The notes under the pieces were generated by a model. The model was not told the origin of the DNA and searched no databases. It was given only the letters and a program-made list of their open reading frames with translations. Both the position numbers and the translations under genes were made by a program. Shown here piece after piece: positions 1 to 6,929 of a DNA stretch of 64,000 nt (positions are counted from its first letter, which is position 1; each line of letters begins with the position of its first letter). This stretch comes from Candidatus Latescibacterota bacterium (lineage in GTDB: Bacteria > Latescibacterota > UBA2968), in assembly GCA_965198115.1 (NCBI GenBank), contig OZ240241.1, positions 416,001-480,000 of the forward strand, given 5' to 3'.

Positions 1-417
1 GTCTTCACCGGCGATTACTATCCCGAAAAGCTGAGGAAGTTCGGAGCCGAAGCGGTTGCCGATTCCACGATGACGGCAAAGCAGTGGGCCAGAAAGCAGG
101 CGGCAGAGAATCTTCAGCTCGACCAGGACGGGCTTGGCGGCGACCAGGTGGGCTTCCAGGAGCCCGGCATCCCCGAGGGTGGCAATGTTGCTGCCCCCGA
201 TTTTTCGTCCATCGTGCATTCCCGTATCGCCTCGGGTGTCGATCCGGTCCAGGATACGAACTTTAAGGAAGTCCTCGAGACGCCCCCTTCGCCGGTTCCC
301 ACATCGACAGACACGGTAAAGTTCTTAAAGAAGAAGGAAGATGAACTCGTAGGGCGCGGATACACCAGAGAACAGGCCCGAACGATGATCGAAAGGGCAC
401 TTGCCAAGCAAGGATAG
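1..417 (+). CDS. Phage-type hypothetical protein, 5'-partial (frame open from base 1)
   Basis: No stop in this frame from 1 to TAG at 415-417; next ATG follows 2 nt later (operonic with the giant protein). Confidence 0.6.
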   Translation, partial: VFTGDYYPEKLRKFGAEAVADSTMTAKQWARKQAAENLQLDQDGLGGDQVGFQEPGIPEGGNVAAPDFSSIVHSRIASGVDPVQDTNFKEVLETPPSPVPTSTDTVKFLKKKEDELVGRGYTREQARTMIERALAKQG

Positions 418-419
418 CA

Positions 420-3400
420 ATGGAATTTGCCTCTCTTGACAGCCTCATAGAAACAGAGCGTAAGAGGTTCGACAGGCTCAACGCCCTGATCGACTCTGAA
501 GCGGATGCCTTCAAGATCGAAGACCCCGTTCAGCGTCAAAAGGTGAAGTCTGATGCGCTGACAAGCCGGTTGGCCAAAACCACGCCCGTCCGTGAAACCC
601 CCGAACTTGAAGACAACCTTTACGGCCGCGATGAGTTGCCGACACCGACACCGCCGAAACCCCAAGGCATCGGCGCGGAGTTCGTGAAAGGCGTCAAAGG
701 AGCAGCTACAGGCGGCATTCCGGCGATGGCGGGGTCCTCTATCCAGATGGGGGCAAGACAGCTCGAGGGTCTTTCTGAGCCCAAGACGTTCTTTGACTAC
801 GTCGCGAAAGCAGCCTTGACGGTGGCTTCTCCTGCTGTCAGCGGTGCTCTGTCCTTCACATCGAACGAGACCAAAAAGGCTGCCACAAACTGGCTCCGTG
901 AGGTCGGATCAAACATCCGGGAATATGGACGGAAACGACAGCTGGCAAACGCACCCGAAGTGACGCTCGCCGATGCGATCGAAAACCCCAGGAAGTTTGA
1001 CAGGTGGGCCGCCTACGCCTTGGGATCTGGCGGCGTCTACATGGCCCCGTCGATGGTGGGCTCCCTGATCTTCGGCCCTGCAGGGGCCATCCTGCCCTCC
1101 TACGCTCTGGCCCACGGCGAAATTTCCGATGAATTGATCGAGGAGGGAATTGAAGATCCCGCCTTTGCCGCTGCACTTGCGGTGCCGGTGGCCGGGCTCG
1201 ATGCGATCGGCGCCACTCGTGCCACAGCACCCGTGCGGAAAGAGGCCATCAAGCGCCTCATAAAAACCGGGATGACCAGGACGCCGTTGCGCGAGGTACT
1301 CGGGGGAGCAGGGACCGAGAGCGCAACCGAAGGCGGACAGGAACTGATGATGGCCATTGCCAACGGCCTCCGTGCGGACAAGAGCTGGGACACGATCTGG
1401 GAGGATGTGAAGGTCCGCGTGCCCGAGGGGATGGCGCAAGGCGGCTTGGTCGGCGGAACGATGACGGCGGGAACGACACTCGCCGGAAGGCTCCAGAAGG
1501 GTCAAGACCTGACCGACGAGCAGAAGACACAGCTTGAGGCCGACATCGAAGAACTGGTAGCCACCGAGCCGGTCGCCGAGCCTGAGCCGGTCGCCGAGCC
1601 TGAGCCGGTCGCCGAGCCTGAACCAGCCGAAGGTTCTCAGGTCCCCATCTTGGGTAGCCAAACCGTCATAGAGGAAATTCGCCGGGAGCTGACTGGGCGA
1701 CAAGACGTGATAAACCGCGCTACTGCTATGCTCGAATCCGGCAAGTCTGAGCGCACCGGCTACAAGCTGACGCCCAAGCAGATCAAGATGGCTGAAGAAA
1801 CGATTGAGGAGCAGAACAACCTGATAGAGGCGAAGCTGAAAGAAGTGGAGCGGGATTTCAACAAGGGCACCGCCGACAAGCTGAGAGCGGAACTTCAGTT
1901 TGAACCCAAAGCTGCCCCTCCAAAGAAGGCCACTGAGGAGGAGCCAGCTATCGAGGAGCCGGCTGCCGAACCCGCCGAGCAGCCGGCACGCTTGAGAGAT
2001 AAGTGGAAAAGCGATCTTCACCGCCTCGACGCGGAGATCCACGACCTTCAAGATGCGCGAGACGCCGTCGACGCGATGCCGGCTCGATGGGAAGATCTAC
2101 AGCCTCTGTGGAAAAAGCACGACAGTATTGAAAAGATGGTCGACGAAGCCAACGAGAAGGGACCCCTGGGTCGATCCGTCAGGATTGATCGAATCGAAAA
2201 GGCAATCACGGATCTCGCGGCCGGTATCGAGGATAGGAGAAGGCAACAGCAGTCTGAAGCCGCTGAGGAAGCGCCCGCCGATGCGCCCATCGTCCTTGAA
2301 GGTGCAGATGCTACCGAGCCCACCGCCACTGAGGAGCCCACCGCCGCAACCCCGACAAAATTGACCTCAGGCGCTTGGGTTGCTCGTGTCCAGAGCGCAA
2401 CCAGGCCCGAGCACGGTGACGAGCTCACGATCACCACACGGTCAGGAAAAACCTGGACCGCATACGTTCTTTCCGTTGAGAGTGTCACCCGCGACGGGGC
2501 GTTCGTCGTCTCCACCACAAAACAGCGTCCCATGCGTGCGATCGTCGTCCCAGAGGAGGAGCCTACCGCCACGGAGGAGCCTACCGCCACGGAGGAGCCC
2601 ACCGCCGTCGATGACATCCTCAAGACCTTCAACGACAAGTTCGTGAATATCCCCTGGGAGGACGCGGACCGGGTTCGACGCCTCATTGCAAAGGAGATTC
2701 CGGCCGAGGTTGCCGAGGACACCGCCTATCGCAACGTCCGGGAAAGCTCCGACATGCAGAACGCCTGGATCGAGCATGACGAAGCCCTGAAGCGCGTGAT
2801 GACGACGGACGTGCTCAACGACGACGTGCAACTCTACAAGGAGTTCACAGACAACGAGGGATTCCGGCAATGGCTCACGGATAAAGTTTTCGAGATGACC
2901 TATAAGCCTGCAAAATGGTCTTTCGAGCCCGTCTTCCCAGCAGCTACCGGCAGCGCCCTCAATGAGGACGCACCACCTACCGCGCCTGCCACTGAGGATG
3001 CGCCCACCGCTGCCGAACCTACCGCCCTTGATACGATGAAAAGCGAGCTTCAGCGCCTCGATAAGAAGATCCTCGACCTGCGAGGACCTGACACGACATC
3101 AGCTCTATGGGCAGAGCACGACAGGCTCCGAAAAAGAAAGACGGAGATTCAAAAGATGATCGAAAAAGCCCCAGGTATTCGGGGCCTGGGTCATGCCAAC
3201 ATGATCAATCGAATCGAAAAGGCAATCCAGGATCTCACGGTCGAGATCCGCAAGGCTGCACCCACCAAGCCGGCCGCCGAGCCCACCGCTGCCGAGGCGA
3301 TGACGGAGAAGTGGAAAGACGAGCTTATGCGCCTCGACGTGGCGATTCTCGACCTGGCTCGCGATGACGTTTCTGGCGTGACTGATCTACGGGCAGATCA

Positions 3401-3875
3401 CAGCAGGATTTTCGAGATGATCGAAAAGCTCCCAAAGGAGCAAGTCGAACAGGTAATCACGGATCTCGCAGCCTCGGTCGATGATCTTCAAAGACGCCAG
3501 CAGGCTACAGCAGAAGGGGAGCCCGCCGAGGCCGGCGAAGATGCACAGCCTACCACACCCACCGAGGAGCCCGCCGATGAACGAACACGCAAAGAAGGAG
3601 AACCTGATGGGGTTCGGGTGGATGGCGATGAACCACTGGGAGGAGTTTCTACCACGGATGTACAAGAAACTGAAGGAGGAGGGGACACTGATACAGAGGG
3701 CCTACGAGGCCCAGGAGATGACGACGGATCTGGTGATGCGTCTGACCGACAGGGGGAGGATGCAGATGCACGAGGCGAAGGAACTGGCCCTACCCGAGTG
3801 GATACTCCTGCCAGCAGAGAGCGAGAGCGACGACCTGCCATAAAGGGCGGACTTCACGGCCCCGGAGGGCTTTGA
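420..3875 (+). CDS. N-terminal part of a giant polyvalent (DarB-like/LPD-type) phage internal protein
   Basis: 1151 aa; Gly/Ala-rich hydrophobic N-terminal block typical of ejected virion proteins; modules separated by PEPVAE/PTATEE linkers; runs into a DarB-type MTase across a +1 frame break near 3845. Confidence 0.75.
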   Translation: MEFASLDSLIETERKRFDRLNALIDSEADAFKIEDPVQRQKVKSDALTSRLAKTTPVRETPELEDNLYGRDELPTPTPPKPQGIGAEFVKGVKGAATGGIPAMAGSSIQMGARQLEGLSEPKTFFDYVAKAALTVASPAVSGALSFTSNETKKAATNWLREVGSNIREYGRKRQLANAPEVTLADAIENPRKFDRWAAYALGSGGVYMAPSMVGSLIFGPAGAILPSYALAHGEISDELIEEGIEDPAFAAALAVPVAGLDAIGATRATAPVRKEAIKRLIKTGMTRTPLREVLGGAGTESATEGGQELMMAIANGLRADKSWDTIWEDVKVRVPEGMAQGGLVGGTMTAGTTLAGRLQKGQDLTDEQKTQLEADIEELVATEPVAEPEPVAEPEPVAEPEPAEGSQVPILGSQTVIEEIRRELTGRQDVINRATAMLESGKSERTGYKLTPKQIKMAEETIEEQNNLIEAKLKEVERDFNKGTADKLRAELQFEPKAAPPKKATEEEPAIEEPAAEPAEQPARLRDKWKSDLHRLDAEIHDLQDARDAVDAMPARWEDLQPLWKKHDSIEKMVDEANEKGPLGRSVRIDRIEKAITDLAAGIEDRRRQQQSEAAEEAPADAPIVLEGADATEPTATEEPTAATPTKLTSGAWVARVQSATRPEHGDELTITTRSGKTWTAYVLSVESVTRDGAFVVSTTKQRPMRAIVVPEEEPTATEEPTATEEPTAVDDILKTFNDKFVNIPWEDADRVRRLIAKEIPAEVAEDTAYRNVRESSDMQNAWIEHDEALKRVMTTDVLNDDVQLYKEFTDNEGFRQWLTDKVFEMTYKPAKWSFEPVFPAATGSALNEDAPPTAPATEDAPTAAEPTALDTMKSELQRLDKKILDLRGPDTTSALWAEHDRLRKRKTEIQKMIEKAPGIRGLGHANMINRIEKAIQDLTVEIRKAAPTKPAAEPTAAEAMTEKWKDELMRLDVAILDLARDDVSGVTDLRADHSRIFEMIEKLPKEQVEQVITDLAASVDDLQRRQQATAEGEPAEAGEDAQPTTPTEEPADERTRKEGEPDGVRVDGDEPLGGVSTTDVQETEGGGDTDTEGLRGPGDDDGSGDASDRQGEDADARGEGTGPTRVDTPASRERERRPAIKGGLHGPGGL
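1566..1619 (+). repeat. 18-bp tandem repeat x3 (EPVAEP linker)
   Basis: GAGCCGGTCGCCGAGCCT three times. Confidence 0.95.
2556..2606 (+). repeat. 18-bp tandem repeat x~3 (EEPTAT linker)
   Basis: GAGGAGCCTACCGCCACG repeats; related copies near 2316-2346, 2975-3027, 3279 and 3560. Confidence 0.9.
2607..2903 (+). other. Embedded domain resembling the C-terminal domain of Type I restriction subunit HsdR
   Basis: ILKTFNDKF.NI.W.DADRVR.LI..EIPA.VA.DTAY.N....SD.QNA.IEHD.AL.RVM....L.DD..LYK.F.DNE.FR.WLTD.VF..TY matches my recollection of the terminal ~100 aa of a widespread HsdR family. Confidence 0.75.
3577..3843 (+). CDS. Overprinted small protein (TnpV-like), +1 frame inside the giant gene
   Basis: GAGGAG 7 nt before ATG; 88 aa of globular composition (FGWMAMNHWEEFLPRMYKKLKEEGTL...AKELALPEWILLP), while the host frame is low-complexity G/D/E/R. 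Confidence 0.65.
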   Translation: MNEHAKKENLMGFGWMAMNHWEEFLPRMYKKLKEEGTLIQRAYEAQEMTTDLVMRLTDRGRMQMHEAKELALPEWILLPAESESDDLP

Positions 3876-5661
3876 GGCCGAGATCGAAAAGGGCGGGCAG
3901 AAAACCAAGTATCGCAAGAACGTGGCCGCCGTTAAACTCCTGAAGACGCTCGAAGCCGAAAATCGCGCCGCTACCCCAGCCGAAAAGGAGACATTGGCCC
4001 AATACACCGGCTGGGGCCACTCTCCCCAAGCGTTCGTTTATACCCTACAGGAGCGCGCCAGGCTGAGACAGCTGTTTCCCGAGGATCAGGCCGAAGGGAT
4101 TTTCGACCAGTGGAACAACGAAAAATGGGAGAAAGAACAGGCCGAGCTACAGGATCTCTTTACCGAAGATGAGTACACTTCGGCGCGGGACTCGATCGCC
4201 AATGCCCACTACACGAGCCTTCCGGTGATAAGGTGGATGTGGGATGCCACCCAAAGGTTCGGCTTCCAGGGCGGGAAGATTCTCGAACCGGGTCTTGGCA
4301 TCGGCAACTTCTTCTCGGTGATGCCATCAGGAGAGATGAGGGGGAAATCAAAACTCACCGGTATCGAGATGGACGACCTCTCCGGCCGCATTGCTCAAAA
4401 GCTCTACGAGCGGGCCGATGTGCGTATCTCCCCTTACCAGAAGACGCGGCTCCCCGACGGTTATTTCGACTTGGCCATTTCCAACGTTCCCTTTGCCGAT
4501 GTCCGAATTCAAGACAAGGCTTACAAGGAACAGCTGACCCTCCACAACTATTATTTCCGTAAGTCTTTGGACAAGGTGAGGCCGGGCGGGGTCGTGGCCT
4601 TTATCACGTCGCGCTTCACGATGGACGGTTCCAAAAATCAGGAATTCCGCCGTCGGATTTCTGAGGAGGCCGAGTTCATCGGCGCGATCCGGTTGCCCAA
4701 CACGGCCTTTAAGAAAAACGCCCACACAGAAGTCACGACCGATGTGATCTTTTTGCGCAAGCTCAACGCCGGCGAGGCCCCCACCGGAGAGAATTGGGTC
4801 GACCTTGTCGATAAGAAGATCAAAGACAAAGAAGGCCGACCGGTCGAAATGGCACTCAATTCCTACTACGACCGGCACCCCGATATGATGATGGGCCGCC
4901 TCACGGCCACAGGGTCGATGTATAGTGCGGGAGAACCCACCCTTGCCCCCTACGGCGATCTTGACAAGCTGATGGCAACGGCCCTTGAAAAGCTGCCCGA
5001 GAATGTAGTGGCTGGGCCCGAGTCGAGCCTGTCCAAGCCGGCTGAGGAGACCCTACTGGCCCCCGACAGCGTGCGAGAAGGGCAGTTCGTTGTCAACGAA
5101 AACGGGGATTTGACCCAGAATTCTAAGGGAAAGTTGGAAGCCTACAAGGCTCCCAACGATACTGCCGTCCTCCGCATCAAGGGGATGGACAGCATCAGGG
5201 CAAAGGTGCGCGACCTGCTTTTCTCCCAGACCGAAGGGATCGAGGAAGCCGATCTCAAGAAGAAGCAGGCGAACCTTCTTAAGACCTACAAGTCCTTTGC
5301 CAAGAAATACGGCCCCCTCAACAACGCGGTCAACAAGCGGCTGTTTTCCAGTGACCCCGATGTGGCGTTGCTTTCGTCCCTGGAAGTCATGGACTACGAT
5401 GAGTCTGGAAAGAATTTCGCAGAGATCGAGACCACCCCTCAGCAATCTTTGAAAGCCATACCTGAAGGAAAGAGGAACACTGAGTTGACGTCCATGGCGG
5501 GCGCGATGCGGAGTAGAGGGATGAGCGGGACAGAGATCGCCGCTGCACTTAACGTCGCAAATCGAGAGCGCTGCCAGCCTCCGCTACCGGATGAGGAAGT
5601 TCACTCTATAGCCCTCAGCATTGATCGCTACGAGGCCGGCTCGCCGGGGGAAGGAAGATAG
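3844..5661 (+). CDS. DarB-like N6-adenine DNA methyltransferase with C-terminal PriCT-1 domain (probable continuation of 420..3875)
   Basis: GGQKTKYRKNVAAVKLLK..ATPAEK..LAQYTGWG, NAHYT, motif I ILEPGLGIGNF, motif IV SNVPF, AIRLPN.AF; C-terminal IPEGKRNTEL..AGAMR..G...PPLPDEEV..IA.SI.RY. Confidence 0.85.
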   Translation, partial: RADFTAPEGFEAEIEKGGQKTKYRKNVAAVKLLKTLEAENRAATPAEKETLAQYTGWGHSPQAFVYTLQERARLRQLFPEDQAEGIFDQWNNEKWEKEQAELQDLFTEDEYTSARDSIANAHYTSLPVIRWMWDATQRFGFQGGKILEPGLGIGNFFSVMPSGEMRGKSKLTGIEMDDLSGRIAQKLYERADVRISPYQKTRLPDGYFDLAISNVPFADVRIQDKAYKEQLTLHNYYFRKSLDKVRPGGVVAFITSRFTMDGSKNQEFRRRISEEAEFIGAIRLPNTAFKKNAHTEVTTDVIFLRKLNAGEAPTGENWVDLVDKKIKDKEGRPVEMALNSYYDRHPDMMMGRLTATGSMYSAGEPTLAPYGDLDKLMATALEKLPENVVAGPESSLSKPAEETLLAPDSVREGQFVVNENGDLTQNSKGKLEAYKAPNDTAVLRIKGMDSIRAKVRDLLFSQTEGIEEADLKKKQANLLKTYKSFAKKYGPLNNAVNKRLFSSDPDVALLSSLEVMDYDESGKNFAEIETTPQQSLKAIPEGKRNTELTSMAGAMRSRGMSGTEIAAALNVANRERCQPPLPDEEVHSIALSIDRYEAGSPGEGR

Positions 5662-5664
5662 TTG

Positions 5665-5725
5665 ACCAGCTTTAGATCTGGTGGCCGAGAGGCCGTGGGG
5701 GTTCGAATCCCCCCCTTTCGCACCA
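5665..5725 (+). other. 3' half of tRNA-Leu(TAG): att-site remnant
   Basis: ACCAGCTTTAGATCTGGT, long variable arm GGCCGAGAGGCC, GGGGGTTCGAATCCCCC, ...CGCACCA; no 5' acceptor or D arm upstream. Confidence 0.85.
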
Positions 5726-5760
5726 ATTATAAACACCATAATACAGGACAGGAATTTACG

Positions 5761-5789
5761 GAAGGGCTCCCCGCTTTGAGGAGCCTTTC
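5761..5789 (+). terminator. GC hairpin downstream of the tRNA remnant
   Basis: GAAGGGCTCC...GGAGCCTTTC inverted repeat. Confidence 0.5.
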
Positions 5790-5937
5790 GTATTTGGCAG
5801 TAAAGTTCAGTGTCCATAGAAGTGTCCACGAGCCTACACGAAAACCCCAGTTTTCAGAGGGCCGTAGGGGGTAGCTCCCCCGCACGGCTCCGTCTCGCCG
5901 GCGGCCCTCGTAAACCCTCAGACGGGAGGGAAAAGCG

Positions 5938-6381
5938 ATGCTACCTGCGGAAGACTGGAATCGGCACAACCGTGAGCTCATCTCTCAGCCAACACCTGGC
6001 GCGCCCGCAGATTGCAACCAGTTGAGAGAGGATATCCTCTCAGGTTTGGAGAAGTTTCGTCGGTCGAGCATCGAGCCCTCGCCGCTTTGGACGGACGTGC
6101 CGTTCACCGAGGAGCTGTTTGCTGATCTTGACGAGGATGATGTTGACCTGTATCAGCGCTGTCTGTGCCCGGAGTATCTGCGAGTGAACGTCTACTTTAC
6201 TCTCTTAACGCTCGTCCTCTTCGTCAGCGAGCAGGCCATCGCCCACGGATCCCCTCAGCAGGTATCCGAGATCGTTGAGACACTCACCCGCCTTTCCAAG
6301 AAGCACAGCGGAGTTGGCCAAGTGCCCGTGGCCGGTTATCTTCTTTCTCTGCAGCAACGCTTGGACAGCGTATGTCGGTAG
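5938..6381 (+). CDS. Hypothetical island protein (may be frameshifted into the next ORF)
   Basis: 147 aa, GGGAGG upstream. Confidence 0.5.
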   Translation: MLPAEDWNRHNRELISQPTPGAPADCNQLREDILSGLEKFRRSSIEPSPLWTDVPFTEELFADLDEDDVDLYQRCLCPEYLRVNVYFTLLTLVLFVSEQAIAHGSPQQVSEIVETLTRLSKKHSGVGQVPVAGYLLSLQQRLDSVCR

Positions 6382-6388
6382 GGAATCC

Positions 6389-6874
6389 ATGCAGGCAATG
6401 AGGAAGGCCGAGGAAGCTGGGCTTGCGGTCGCCATCGAGCGGGCGACTGAACTCACGGCGGCCATCCACCGGATAATCCGATTCGTGTCGCCCGGCCACG
6501 TGCTGAACGATTTCCTTGGAGCGATTGATGCAGGCGATGAGAGCCTGCGACTCTGGAATGTTGTAGGAGAGAAGATCCAGGAACTCGGACTGAGAAGACC
6601 CCTCCAGGAGCTCGAGGACAGTATCGAACTAGAGTTGGGACGTCTCCAAGCAGAGCACAAAGAATGGGCTGAAAGGGTGTTCGGTGATCGACCGAGGCAG
6701 ATATCCTACTTGCCTCAGGACGTGTATCGTGCTTGCCAGGGCATCGCGGAAGCCTTTGAGCTTGGACGGGGATCTGACTATGGGACCCGCAAGGACGCTT
6801 GTGAATTGCTGACTCTTTGCGGAATCGGGATAGATGTCGACACACTTCGGAAGTGGCGTTCTCGGAACCCGTGA
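6389..6874 (+). CDS. Hypothetical island protein with possible C-terminal HTH
   Basis: Helical protein ending ...GIDVDTLRKWRSR. Confidence 0.5.
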   Translation: MQAMRKAEEAGLAVAIERATELTAAIHRIIRFVSPGHVLNDFLGAIDAGDESLRLWNVVGEKIQELGLRRPLQELEDSIELELGRLQAEHKEWAERVFGDRPRQISYLPQDVYRACQGIAEAFELGRGSDYGTRKDACELLTLCGIGIDVDTLRKWRSRNP

Positions 6875-6929
6875 ACATGCCCCCTTTGCGAGAAAGTGAG
6901 ATGTTCACGGGTTTTATGAGAAGTTGGAC

